DNA from: Candidatus Marinacidobacterales bacterium
GTDB taxonomy: Bacteria; Acidobacteriota; Vicinamibacteria; Marinacidobacterales; DATDRI01
Reading direction: 5' to 3'
DNA: 64,000 nucleotides
NCBI GenBank assembly: GCA_965219415.1
Contig: CBDCNP010000002.1
Location: 3,168,001-3,232,000 of the forward strand
The notes under the pieces are model-generated. The model was not told the DNA's origin. It did not search any database and saw nothing but the letters and a program-made list of their open reading frames with translations. How positions within the stretch are numbered: the first letter of the stretch is position 1; each line of letters begins with the position of its first letter. Position numbers and translations under genes: made by a program. This document shows positions 9,766 through 21,015 of this stretch, one piece after another.

Positions 9766-11283
9766 CTATTGCCTTACGCTGACATTCCACAAATCCATCA
9801 TTTCATCACTAGGGGCCACAAAGCCGACCACGTTCTCGGAAACGGCATAGATCCCTCTTACGTTGTAGAGGAACAGATAAATTGCGTCCTCATGGACGAT
9901 TTTGCGGATTTCGTAGGCCGCTTCACTTCTCTTGCCTGTATCCATCGTGGCCTTGGTTCTTTTGACCGTCTCCCACAACGCTTGGTCCGGACTGAAGCAG
10001 AGAAGGGAGCTCGGATCCAGCTCGTTTAGAGAGTGCGAGATGTCCCAATCCCTTGAGGCCATCCCAATGAGGTAGATTCCCTCGAATTCGCGAGCGATGA
10101 GCTTACTGATGTAAGTGCCGCTCTCCATTACATGAACTTTGGTGTCGATCCCTGCCTTGGAAAGTTGGTCCGCAACCGCCAGGATCACTTGTCTGTCCAT
10201 CGGGTATCGGCCGTTCGGGGTGTAGAGGTTCAACGGAAACCCGTTCGAATAGCCGGCCTCCCTTAGAAGGGCTCGCGCCTTCGCGAGATCATAAGGGTAC
10301 GGTTCTAACAGCGGGCCACTGCGCTCGGCGATCCGTAGAGGCACGTGTGTTCCGAGAGGCGTGCCCATCCCGCCCAGCACGCCCTCGACGATCGCCTCCT
10401 TGTCGACGGCGTAGTTGAGGGCCTGGCGTACGCGTTTGTCCCGCAGCGCGGCGACGTTGGTGGTGTCCATGATGATGTGCATCGCCCGTAGACTCTCGAC
10501 CGATTGAACATCGATTTCGTCATTGTCTTCGAGCGTAGCCACCATAAAGGGTGGCACATCGGTGATGATGTCCACGCCCCCGGTCTGCAACTCCGCGACC
10601 CGGGTCCCCATTTCCGGGATGATGCGAAAGACCAGCGCCTCGACTTTGGGGGGAGGGAGGTACCAGTCGGAAACCGCAGTCAGCGTCAAGCGGTCGTTGG
10701 GTTCCCAGGAAACGAACTGGAAGGGGCCGGTTCCGACGGCATGATGCCGAACGCCCTGTTTTTCGTTTTCTTCGAAGGTCTCTTTCGAGACTATCCCCAC
10801 GAAGGCTGCCAGCACATTGGGTAGGAGCGGATCCGGGATTTTCGTCTTGACATCAATGGTGTGGTTATCAACGATATCTATCGTATCGTAGCTGGCGAAG
10901 TAGGATCCAAAGTTCCACCTGTTTCGCGCATCCAATAACCACTCGAGCGTGAACTTGACGTCGGCCGCGGTAAAGGGATAGCCGTTGTGAAACTTCACTC
11001 CCTGCCGAAGATGGAAACGCCAGGTCCTGTCGTCGAGCGACTCCCAGGAAACCGCCAGGCGCGGGTTGATCTTACCGTCGGGGCCGAAGTGAACGAGGCT
11101 GTCGTAAATATGCCGCTGCATCATGACGCCGGTAACGTTCAATGCCAGTAGCGGAGACAGGCCCTTCATGTCGGTGGTCACCGCGACGGTCAGGGCCTGC
11201 TCGGGTTGTGGTGATCCACGCCAGAAGACAGCGAGGCCAATGAGGATGAGGAGGGAAAGTGCGGCGAGTCGCTTCATCGTCAC
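9766..11283 (-). CDS. ABC substrate-binding protein, family 5
   Basis: LRQGVKFHNG, GTGPF, VRQALNYAVD. Confidence 0.93.
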   Translation of the reverse strand: MTMKRLAALSLLILIGLAVFWRGSPQPEQALTVAVTTDMKGLSPLLALNVTGVMMQRHIYDSLVHFGPDGKINPRLAVSWESLDDRTWRFHLRQGVKFHNGYPFTAADVKFTLEWLLDARNRWNFGSYFASYDTIDIVDNHTIDVKTKIPDPLLPNVLAAFVGIVSKETFEENEKQGVRHHAVGTGPFQFVSWEPNDRLTLTAVSDWYLPPPKVEALVFRIIPEMGTRVAELQTGGVDIITDVPPFMVATLEDNDEIDVQSVESLRAMHIIMDTTNVAALRDKRVRQALNYAVDKEAIVEGVLGGMGTPLGTHVPLRIAERSGPLLEPYPYDLAKARALLREAGYSNGFPLNLYTPNGRYPMDRQVILAVADQLSKAGIDTKVHVMESGTYISKLIAREFEGIYLIGMASRDWDISHSLNELDPSSLLCFSPDQALWETVKRTKATMDTGKRSEAAYEIRKIVHEDAIYLFLYNVRGIYAVSENVVGFVAPSDEMMDLWNVSVRQ

Positions 11284-11314
11284 CGACGTCGTCGGAGATC
11301 TCTAGAAACTCTTC

Positions 11315-12184
11315 TCAAGAATCGAACATCCTCCGAATCGTCTGAAAGAGCTCGCTACTCTCGTCGCCGGTGGCGAGGGCGGTGACATCGTGCTCGCATC
11401 CTTCCAACAGCACGAGCTCCGCCTCTCCACCTCTCTCCTTCAACGTCCGAACGAATTCCTTGGATGATTTTACCCGTCCGGCCTTTTCTTCGAGAGAGCC
11501 GACGCCGACCACTGTCTTACGTGGGATGGTCTGGATATTCAAGATCGGGCTGGCCTCGCCCCGAAGCGCTGGGTCGGGAAGGTATTCGCGCACCCAGGTC
11601 GGGACCCGGAGGTCGTAGGACGTACTGACCGGCGCGCAGCCCTTGATCATGTCGGTCGGTAGGGACATCTGCTCGAGCCAGTCGGTTTTGACGCTAACGA
11701 ACGCAGAAAGATTGGCTCCCGACGAATGGCCGCCCACGTAGATTCGCTCAGGATCGCCCCCATGGGCGGCAATGTTCCGGGATACCCAGGCCAACGCGTG
11801 CCGCGCGTCATCATGTGCGTCGGGGTAACGAAAGCTGGGCGTGAGTCGATAGCCTGCTACGACTGTCAGGATGTTGTGATGAACGAACGGCGAGGCAACG
11901 AAACCGTACTCGGCGCGGTCTCCTTCCCGGAACCCACCACCATGAAAGAAGACGAAAACGGGCCATCCTGAAGTTTTTTCTTTTGGGGCGTACAGGTCGA
12001 GCCTCTGCTTGGGGTGGTCGCCATGAGGCCCATACGGTATGTCCAGCTCATTCGGTACGGACTCCCGAGTCGCGGTAGTTAGTTCATCCGCCTTCTCATA
12101 AAAAGCCTTCCAGTTGATGTGGAACTCTTCCGGGTGGGTGACGGTGTAATAGTTTGAGGAGGATGAGCCGTCGAAGTTTTTCAT
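11315..12184 (-). CDS. Alpha/beta hydrolase (arylformamidase/esterase-like)
   Basis: FHGGG oxyanion motif, GHSSG nucleophile elbow, C-terminal His. Confidence 0.85.
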   Translation of the reverse strand: MKNFDGSSSSNYYTVTHPEEFHINWKAFYEKADELTTATRESVPNELDIPYGPHGDHPKQRLDLYAPKEKTSGWPVFVFFHGGGFREGDRAEYGFVASPFVHHNILTVVAGYRLTPSFRYPDAHDDARHALAWVSRNIAAHGGDPERIYVGGHSSGANLSAFVSVKTDWLEQMSLPTDMIKGCAPVSTSYDLRVPTWVREYLPDPALRGEASPILNIQTIPRKTVVGVGSLEEKAGRVKSSKEFVRTLKERGGEAELVLLEGCEHDVTALATGDESSELFQTIRRMFDS

Positions 12185-12327
12185 GCGAGATTCTAAGTGG
12201 CCCAGGTTTCCGGGTCAACCGACAGGAGTACCGGATCGAAAATTTGACGGGAGATACGTCGCTGGTACACTCTGGGCCGCCGACGGGAATCCTGAAGCCG
12301 ACACCAAAGTAACGGGGGACGAACCCA

Positions 12328-13140
12328 ATGAGCAAGGAAAGTGACTTCGAGACGATTCGTCTCGACCGAGATGAGCGCGGGGTAGCGACAATCACCATGA
12401 ACCGACCCGCCGACGGTAACCCGATGGACGAAGCCTCGATTCGCGAGCTGACGCTCGTCGCCGAACGGCTCGGAGAAGACGACAGCGTGCGGGTCGTCGT
12501 CTTGACCGGGGAGGGGGAAGTCTTCTGTGCCGGCGGCAAGCCGGCCTTTCTCGAGAAGCTCAGAAATTTCAGCTTTGCGAAGAATCTCAGCCTAGGCGGG
12601 CAGCTCGACCGCTTGTACGCGACCCTCTCGGGGCTTCCCAAACCGCTGATCGGACGGATCAATGGTGACGCCATCGGGGGTGGAACCGGCATGACAACGA
12701 CGTGCGACATCGCCATTGCTGTCGAGGACGCTCGGTTTGGGTTCTCCGACGTTCGCGTTGGAATAGCACCCACCGTCGTGGCACCGTACTTCGTTCGGAA
12801 GGTCGGTCCCTCGTTCGCGCGCGCCGCCTTTATCAGCTGCGAAAAATTCTCCGCACGAAGAGCTAGCGAGATCGGACTGGTTCATCGGGTAGCTCCCAAG
12901 GCCGACCTCGACGCGGTGGTGGAGGAAACGATCGGTTCTTGTCTCATGGGAGCTCCGAGAGCAATGGCCGTTGCGAAGCGACTCCCGGACATCGTACAGC
13001 ATGGCTCGGAGTCTCTGAGGAAGGAATTGGTCGAGATCGTGGCGAGACTGCGGGAGACCGATGAAGGCCGGGAGGGACTGGCGGCGCTGATGGAGAAGCG
13101 AAAGCCCAGCTGGGTGGCAGGAGACAGAGGTGATGACTAA
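12328..13140 (+). CDS. Enoyl-CoA hydratase/isomerase (methylglutaconyl-CoA hydratase-like)
   Basis: FCAGG, GDAIGGG, EKRKPSW; TTGACG-17 bp-TACACT promoter upstream at about 12244. Confidence 0.88.
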   Translation: MSKESDFETIRLDRDERGVATITMNRPADGNPMDEASIRELTLVAERLGEDDSVRVVVLTGEGEVFCAGGKPAFLEKLRNFSFAKNLSLGGQLDRLYATLSGLPKPLIGRINGDAIGGGTGMTTTCDIAIAVEDARFGFSDVRVGIAPTVVAPYFVRKVGPSFARAAFISCEKFSARRASEIGLVHRVAPKADLDAVVEETIGSCLMGAPRAMAVAKRLPDIVQHGSESLRKELVEIVARLRETDEGREGLAALMEKRKPSWVAGDRGDD

Positions 13141-14845
13141 AGAGCGTTTGTTCGAAGTGACTCGGAAGGCCGTGTTTGTTATCGCCTCGTTGTCCATTGT
13201 CGGTTGCGTCAGCCCGTCAGGGGATGCTCCGGACCTCATCCTGCATTCGGGCAAGATCCTCACGGTGAACGAAGGGTTCGAGATCGCGGAGGCGATCGCG
13301 ATCACGGACGGGAACATCGCAGCGGTCGGCACCGACGAGGAGATCGAGTCTCTCGCGGGGGCGGACACTACGGTATTCGATCTCGAGGGCAAAACCGTGA
13401 TACCCGGGATCGTCGATTCTCACTCCCATCAGGATGGCTATGGGATGCACATCTATCGCCCCGATCTCTCGAAGGTTCGTAGCGTCGCAGAGATGATGTC
13501 GGTGGTGGAAGCGAAGGTCAAAGAGAGCCAGCAGGGAGAGTGGATTACCAACTCCGGTTTCTGGAACGAGACCAAGCTGGAGGAGCGCCGTAACCCGACG
13601 CGGTTCGACATCGATCCCATCTCCCCCGACAACCCGGTGTATTTGGGGCGAGGTCATCTGGGCATCATTAATACCAAGGCGATGGAAGTGCTGGGTTGGG
13701 ACGAGGACACGCCCAGCCCTCCGGGCGGCACCATCGAACGGGATGACCAAGGCCGCATTACCGGCCGAATATACGAGAGAGCCAGCGATCCGGTGGACGA
13801 GGCGGTTCCTAAGCCGACTCACGAGCAAAGGATGGGCTCCATCCTCCAAACGTACAAGGAAATGGCAGCCGCCGGCGCTACGAGTGTGCGTTCGGCCGGA
13901 AGTCCCATCGAAAGCATGGCCGCCTACGCCGAACTAGAGGAACGCGGGGAACTACCCCTTCGTACGAGCGTCACCGGCTATCTGAATCCTAATCAACCCA
14001 GTGACCAAATTGAAGAGTGGTTGCAGCGGCTACCGCCTGTTTCCGAGCCCGGCGACATGTTCCAGGTTTGGGGAGTCAAGATGACGGCCGATGGAGGCTC
14101 GGATCTCGCTTACCTCCGACGCGAGTACGTGAATCGACCCGGGTTCAGGGGCCAGTTGGGCGGATCGTTGGAAGACTTCACGACTGCGGTTTCTCTCTGC
14201 AACCAATACGGGCGGAGAGTCGGGATTCACGCGCTCGGCGACGCGGCCATCGATTTCACCCTCGACGCTTACGAAGCGGCCGACGCGAAAAACTCGATAG
14301 TGGAAAAGCGCTGGTCCATCGAGCACGGTTACCTCATTCAACCGGAGCAGTACCCGCGGATGAAGCGTTTGGGACTCATCGTTCATCCCCAGACGTGGCA
14401 TCTTTACCACCTAAGAAGAAACTTCCTCGACAACTACGGGCAGGAGTATGCCGATATGACGCATCCGTACCGCGATCTGGTGGATCAGGGGATTCCCATC
14501 GCCGGCGGGATGGATTGGAGAGTTGCTCCGCACGACTACTTCTTCTTCATGTGGGTCGCCATTACACGAAAGACGCTGGACGGGGAAGTGGTAGGTCCCG
14601 ATCAAGCCCTAACCCGGGAGGAAGCGCTTCGCTTCCATACCGTATGGGCCGCCTACTCGACTTTTGAGGAAGATCTGAAGGGTTCGCTCGGGCCCGGGAA
14701 ATTCGCCGATCTTGCCATTCTCGACAACGACTACCTCGGCGTCGAGGAGGATGAGATCAAAGACATCCGCCCCTTACTAACGATGGTGGGCGGCAAAGTG
14801 GTTTATCGGGATCCGGACTACACGTTTCCCCAAGGAGATAGATAA
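13130..14845 (+). CDS. Amidohydrolase 3 (YtcJ-like), predicted lipoprotein
   Basis: IVGC lipobox-like; PGIVDSHSH, K..ADG, IHALGD, IEH, GKFADL. Confidence 0.9.
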   Translation: MMTKERLFEVTRKAVFVIASLSIVGCVSPSGDAPDLILHSGKILTVNEGFEIAEAIAITDGNIAAVGTDEEIESLAGADTTVFDLEGKTVIPGIVDSHSHQDGYGMHIYRPDLSKVRSVAEMMSVVEAKVKESQQGEWITNSGFWNETKLEERRNPTRFDIDPISPDNPVYLGRGHLGIINTKAMEVLGWDEDTPSPPGGTIERDDQGRITGRIYERASDPVDEAVPKPTHEQRMGSILQTYKEMAAAGATSVRSAGSPIESMAAYAELEERGELPLRTSVTGYLNPNQPSDQIEEWLQRLPPVSEPGDMFQVWGVKMTADGGSDLAYLRREYVNRPGFRGQLGGSLEDFTTAVSLCNQYGRRVGIHALGDAAIDFTLDAYEAADAKNSIVEKRWSIEHGYLIQPEQYPRMKRLGLIVHPQTWHLYHLRRNFLDNYGQEYADMTHPYRDLVDQGIPIAGGMDWRVAPHDYFFFMWVAITRKTLDGEVVGPDQALTREEALRFHTVWAAYSTFEEDLKGSLGPGKFADLAILDNDYLGVEEDEIKDIRPLLTMVGGKVVYRDPDYTFPQGDR

Positions 14846-15340
14846 ATGCAGCTATCCGATGCACTCGCCGCGGAGTTTTCCTTCGAGTCTGAAACGACCA
14901 AGAAGCTCATGGAGCGACTTCCGGAAGACAAGCTCTCTTGGACGCCGCACGAGAAATCGATGAACCTCAGTCGGCTCGCGACCCACATCGCTCAGATCCC
15001 CGAATGGGGGGAGACCATCGTGGAACACCCGAGCTTCGACATGGCCGGTGTCGATTACAAACCGCTCGAGCTCGGGAGTCGACAAGAGGTCTTAGATCTT
15101 CTCCAGAAGAACCTGGCGCAGTTTGCTGAGATCGTCAAAGGGGAGGACGACGGAGTGATGCTCACCAAGTGGCAGCTAATGCACGGCGACCATGTTGCGG
15201 TCGACCTACCGCGCATCGCGGCGCTTCGAGGTTTCGTTTTGAACCACACCATCCATCACCGCGGACAGCTTTCGGTATACCTGCGCCTGAACGACGTCCC
15301 GCTTCCCGCCATGTACGGGCCTTCCGCGGACGAAAGCTAG
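14846..15340 (+). CDS. DinB family protein
   Basis: LATHIA and HTIHHRGQL. Confidence 0.9.
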   Translation: MQLSDALAAEFSFESETTKKLMERLPEDKLSWTPHEKSMNLSRLATHIAQIPEWGETIVEHPSFDMAGVDYKPLELGSRQEVLDLLQKNLAQFAEIVKGEDDGVMLTKWQLMHGDHVAVDLPRIAALRGFVLNHTIHHRGQLSVYLRLNDVPLPAMYGPSADES

Positions 15341-15401
15341 CCTCCGGTCCTGGCGGCCGTTCAGGCGAATCGCTATGATGTAAGGCTGGACGGCGGCCGC
15401 C

Positions 15402-16600
15402 ATGAGCGAACGAAAATCCTCGCTTGACGATCTGCAAATCGATCGTTCTTCGATCGTAGAAGAGCGCTCGCGATCGTTGCTCTGGTTAACGCTCTTCGGT
15501 GCGCTCATCATCGCCGCCGCTCTCGTTTGGTGGATGACGCGTGCGAGGGGAGCGGAGGTCGTCACCGCCATCGCTCAGGAAGTTCGGATGGGCGAAGGCC
15601 AGACGGTGCTGAACGCATCCGGTTATGTGACGGCGCGCCGGCAGGCGACCGTTTCCTCCAAAGTAACGGCCAGAGTCCTCGAGGTGTTGATCGAAGAGGG
15701 CATGGCCGTCAAGGAGGGTCAAGTCTTAGCGCGCCTCGACACGACTAACGTCGATGCCAGCCTCGGGCTCGCCCGAGCGGAGCTGGCCGCGGTCAAGACC
15801 GCACTCGAAGAAACCAAAGTCCAGCTCGCCGAAGCGAATTTGAACCTGAACAGGACCAACGCTCTGGTTAAGGACGAAGTGGTGAGTCAGGCGGAGCTCG
15901 ACCGTGTCCAGGCCAGCGTGGATGTCATCGAGGCACGTATAGTGAGACAGCGCGAAGAAGCATCGGTCGCGGAGAGCCGCATCGCGGTTTGGCAGCAGCA
16001 GCTCGAAGACACGATCATCCGTGCACCCTTCGACGGTGTCGTGACTACCAAGAACGCCCAACCGGGCGAAATGATCTCGCCGGTGTCCGCGGGCGGCGGG
16101 TTCACCCGCACCGGGATCGGGACGGTCGTCGACATGACCTCTCTCGAAATCGAGGTCGACGTCAACGAAAGCTACATCAACCGTGTTCAGGCGAGGCAAA
16201 TCGTCGAAGCGACCTTGGACGCTTACCCGACCTGGCGCATTCCGAGTCACGTCATCGCCATCGTTCCTACCGCCGATCGCGATCGGGCGACGGTGCGGGT
16301 ACGCATCGGTTTCGACGAGCTCGATCCGCGCGTTCTTCCCGATATGGGCGTCAAGGTGGCGTTCCAGGGGGATGAGACAGAGCAGAGCGGCGGCAGCGCG
16401 GTCAGGATTCCTAAGGAAGCCATTAGCGGCGACGGTGGTCGAGACGTGGTCTTCGTCGTTCAGGATGGACGGGCCGAGCGACGCGCCGTGAGGCTGGGAA
16501 CAAGTGAAGCCGAGGAAGCGATAGTTCTTTCAGGGATCTCGCCCGGAGAGAAGCGTGGTGGTGGAAGGACCAGACTTTCTAGCGGATGGAGATCGCGTAG

Positions 16601-16604
<4 letters not shown>
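15402..16604 (+). CDS. Efflux periplasmic adaptor (MFP), probable frameshift near 16550
   Basis: ASGYV, IRAPFDGVV, VDVNES; C-terminal GE.VVV motif in a shifted frame. Confidence 0.88.
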
Positions 16605-17295
<691 letters not shown>

Positions 17296-17299
<4 letters not shown>

Positions 17300-18450
17300 G
17301 GTTCGTCAACCTGGTCTGGAGCAACCTCAACCGCAAGAAAGTCCGCACACTTCTCACGCTCTTGTCGATTGCGGTCGCCTTTCTCCTGTTCGGATACCTT
17401 GCCGCCATTCGAGTGGCGCTGAGCTCGGGCGTGGATGTCGCCGGCGCCGACCGGTTGATCGTTCGGCACAAGGTCTCCATCATTCAACAATTGCCCGAAA
17501 GCTACGAGGCGCGGATCGAGCAGATACCGAGCGTCGCCGATGCCACGCACGCCACCTGGTTCGGCGGAATCTACCAGGAACCCAAGAACTTCTTCGCGCA
17601 GATGCCGGTGAAACCGGAAGAGTTTCTGGAAATGTATCCGGAGTACCTCATCACCGAAGAGGAGAAGGCGCGCTGGCTCGAGACGAGAACCGGTGCCATC
17701 GCCGGACGGGTCACCGCCGATCGCTTCGGGTGGAAGGTGGGGGATCGCATCCCGATTCAAGCCACCATTTGGACCCATGGCGGGGGTAAGCAGACCTGGG
17801 AGTTCGACCTGGTGGGCATCTACGAAGGCGCCGAGAAGGGGACCGATACTTCGAATTTCTTCTTTCGACATGATTTTTTCGACGAGGCCCGAGATTTCGG
17901 AAGAGGGCAGATCGGCTGGTACTACGTCCGCGTCGAGGATCCGGATAAAGCGGTCGACGTGGCCAAGGCGATCGACGATCAGTTCGCGAATTCTCCCTTC
18001 GAGACCAAGGCCGAGACCGAGGGCGCATTCGTCCAAGCGTTCGCAAACCAGGTTGGAGACATCGGGACCATCATCATGGCGATACTTGCCGCGGTATTCT
18101 TCACGATCTTATTGGTGGCGGGGAATACGATGGCTTACTCGGTGCGTGAGCGGGTCGGAGAGCTAGCGGTCCTCAAGGCAGTCGGTTTTACCGACCGGCA
18201 GGTATTGGGTCTGGTTCTGGCGGAGGCCCTGTCACTCGCCGCCATGGGGGGTCTCTTGGGGCTCGGCATCGGGTGGTTCTTGATCTCGTTGGGCGATCCC
18301 ACCAACGGGGCTCTCCCCGTCTTTTTCTTTCCACCTCGGGACATTGTGCTGGGGGTCGTGCTGGTCTTCGCACTCGGTTTCGCTGCGGGCATCCTGCCTG
18401 CCGTCGAGGCAGGACGACTCCGCATTGCCGACGCGCTCAGGAGGTTGTAG
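17296..18450 (+). CDS. ABC permease (MacB/FtsX type)
   Basis: RTLLT, ERVGELAVLKAVGF. Confidence 0.9.
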
Positions 18451-18453
18451 TCC

Positions 18454-19653
18454 ATGACCGGCCCCATCAATTGGCTCCGACAGGTCTTCTCGCTTTCGAC
18501 GTTCAACCTGATGACCGTCCTCTCCCGCAAAGGGTCCACCGCAGCGGCGGTCTTCGGAATCGCCGGCGTGGTGGCGGTCTTGGTCGCCGTTTTGTCGATC
18601 GCGAAGGGGTTCCAACATGCCATGACCGTGTCCGGATCTCCCGACACCGCGATCATTCTCCGGAGCGGCGCCGACGGCGAGATGATGAGCGGTCTCGGCG
18701 GCCCCACCACCCGCATCATCGCCGACACCGAAGGTGTGGCTCGGGGTGCGGAAGGCCCGATGGCCTCGGCGGAGCTTTTCGTCATTATTGATAGGCCCAT
18801 GCGATCCACCGGCTCCGCTGCCAATGTTCCACTCCGAGGCGTCGAGCCCGCCGCCTTCGACGTGCGCGACAGGATCGAGATCGTAGAAGGCCGTAAGTTC
18901 GAGTGGGGGAAGAACGAAGTCATTGTAGGTTACGGGGCTAGTGTCGAGTTCGGCGGACTCGAAGTGGGAGGCAAGATCCCGGTTGGAAAAGAGGAATGGT
19001 CGGTCGTCGGTCGCTTTTCCGCGAACGGTGGCATCGCCGAGTCCGAGATCTGGACCGACGCCGCCGTCCTGCAGCCCGCCTACCGCCGCGGGAACAGCTT
19101 TCAGTCCGTTTATGCCAAGCTCGATTCGCCCGAGGCGTTCCAAGGCTTCAAGGATCGGCTCACCACAGATCCGCGTCTCAACGTCAAGGTGATACGCCAG
19201 CCCGACTTCTACGCGGAACAGTCGACGATGGTCACCAACCTCATCACCGGGCTCGGAACTTTGGTGGCAGTGTTGATGGGGATCGGTGCCATTTTCGGTG
19301 CCTTGAACACGATGTACACCGCGGTCTCTTCGCGAACACGAGAGATTGCGACGCTGCGCGCACTTGGGTTTCGGGCAACTCCGGTGGTGATCTCGGTGCT
19401 CGCCGAGTCGCTGGTTCTTGCTCTCGTGGGTGGTGCCATCGGCGGCGGCCTTGCCTACATCGTCTTCGACGGTTTCCGGGCTGCGACCCTCAATTGGCAA
19501 AGCTTTTCACAGGTTGCGTTCGCCTTCGATGTGACGCTGGGGTTGATGGTGCAGGGGATCGTCTACGCCGCGATCATCGGGTTGGTAGGAGGGCTCTTTC
19601 CTGCCATCCGCGCCGCCCGCATGCCGGTGGCGACGGCGCTGAGGGAACTTTGA
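18454..19653 (+). CDS. ABC permease (MacB/FtsX type)
   Basis: RTREIATLRALGF, PAIRAAR. Confidence 0.9.
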   Translation: MTGPINWLRQVFSLSTFNLMTVLSRKGSTAAAVFGIAGVVAVLVAVLSIAKGFQHAMTVSGSPDTAIILRSGADGEMMSGLGGPTTRIIADTEGVARGAEGPMASAELFVIIDRPMRSTGSAANVPLRGVEPAAFDVRDRIEIVEGRKFEWGKNEVIVGYGASVEFGGLEVGGKIPVGKEEWSVVGRFSANGGIAESEIWTDAAVLQPAYRRGNSFQSVYAKLDSPEAFQGFKDRLTTDPRLNVKVIRQPDFYAEQSTMVTNLITGLGTLVAVLMGIGAIFGALNTMYTAVSSRTREIATLRALGFRATPVVISVLAESLVLALVGGAIGGGLAYIVFDGFRAATLNWQSFSQVAFAFDVTLGLMVQGIVYAAIIGLVGGLFPAIRAARMPVATALREL

Positions 19654-19669
19654 TCGAGCAACTCAAAAG

Positions 19670-20491
19670 TCACAACGGGGGATCGTCATGCGTGGCCAGA
19701 CGGTCCTCCCTCGTGACACGAATGTACTGATCCAGGTAGTAGCTGCGGCACCGATAAGGTCGCTGCTTCAGAGGTCGAGCGGTTACAGTGAAACCGGTGA
19801 AGGCTCCGTCGGCGTCCGCCGCCGTCGCTGTGTAGGTGAAGTGGTAGCCGTTATAGTCGAACTCGTTCTCGAGCGGGTCGCCCCAGCTCTGGCCGATGCT
19901 TTCGAGCCAACTTCTTACTTCCTTCAAGTCTTTCGGGTAGGTGGCGAACTCACCCTCGTAGATCATGAGGATGCTGGTTAGGCTTCGGAGCTGTCCGATC
20001 GTTGGGCCCTCTCCGATGGGGCCCCCGCGCCGGAGCCCGTCCCAGGCGCCGTAGACCAAGAGGACGGCGAGCACGTAGGCCAACCAGAAAGCGGCCGTCT
20101 TCGCCGCCCGCACGGTGAGCGCGCGTCTGTCCAAAGAGACACAAATCAATCCCATGGCGGCTACGACCACGACGGCGTGAGCGACGAAGCCGACGCCAAC
20201 TGCTAGCCTCAGTGGAGTCGTCATCGGTTCTGCTGTGGGATGAGGAAATTCTCCCATGAGGAGGAGCGCCAAGACGGCTATCCCCCAACCGATAGAGGAC
20301 GCGACACGCTTGGCGTCATCAGGCGGCCACAGCACTGCGGCGAGCCGCACGTACGGCAGTAGAAATAAGAACCATCGTGCACTGGCCTCGGTACAGCAAT
20401 CCAGGAGTTGCGGCATCGCCAGTACAATAAGCATCTGCGCTGCGCCCAAAAGGGCGGCGCCGCGCAGCAACCACAACAGGCCGACCCTCAT
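19670..20491 (-). CDS. Multi-pass membrane protein with C-terminal pilin-like globular domain
   Basis: ATGA overlap with the upstream stop; several TM helices, then TIGQLRSL..Y..YP, GYHFTY, FTVTARP, RSYYLD. Confidence 0.6.
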   Translation of the reverse strand: MRVGLLWLLRGAALLGAAQMLIVLAMPQLLDCCTEASARWFLFLLPYVRLAAVLWPPDDAKRVASSIGWGIAVLALLLMGEFPHPTAEPMTTPLRLAVGVGFVAHAVVVVAAMGLICVSLDRRALTVRAAKTAAFWLAYVLAVLLVYGAWDGLRRGGPIGEGPTIGQLRSLTSILMIYEGEFATYPKDLKEVRSWLESIGQSWGDPLENEFDYNGYHFTYTATAADADGAFTGFTVTARPLKQRPYRCRSYYLDQYIRVTREDRLATHDDPPL

Positions 20492-21015
20492 GGCCCGTCC
20501 CAAGGAGTCGTTCTCGGGATCCACCTTGGCACATGCTTCAAGTAAGTTTTGTAATCCTCGCCGAACCGTCGAACGAGTCCCGGCTCTTCCGATAAAATGA
20601 AATAGATGTGGTTGACGGCCAAGAAGAAGAAAGCCCACGACGCGATGACGATGGACCCAAAGAAAATGCTCTCCCCGAGAAGAATCGTGACCACCGCGGT
20701 GATCATGGGATTTCTAACGTATCGGTAGGGTCCCTCGACTACGAGCTTCTGTGTTGGGTCCCAGGGGGCTAGGGTGCCTTTTCCTACTTTCGCGAAAAGG
20801 CCGATCGTCTTCGCGAGTAGTGCTAGCCCAGCGGCGACTAGGACGACGCCCACCCCGCGCGAAGTGATGTAGGGCGGAACCGAGAACGGCCAACGTGTAT
20901 CGAGCTCCTGAGCGTTGATCAGTATCAGGGCCGGAAGCACAACCGTGACCACGAACGGCAAGGCCAGGATGGAAAGGAGGACTCGCAGCGTGTCGCTCGG
21001 TGTATCGGGGCTCAA
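20488..21015 (-). CDS. Isoprenylcysteine carboxylmethyltransferase/PEMT family membrane protein
   Basis: LVVEGPYRYVRNPM, EE, FGEDY..Y...VPRWIP. Confidence 0.9.
   Translation of the reverse strand: MSPDTPSDTLRVLLSILALPFVVTVVLPALILINAQELDTRWPFSVPPYITSRGVGVVLVAAGLALLAKTIGLFAKVGKGTLAPWDPTQKLVVEGPYRYVRNPMITAVVTILLGESIFFGSIVIASWAFFFLAVNHIYFILSEEPGLVRRFGEDYKTYLKHVPRWIPRTTPWDGP

Noticed and set aside
12302-12313. caccaaagtaac, similar to the element terminus
   Set aside because: Short, one A missing, no ACA end and no flanking similarity.
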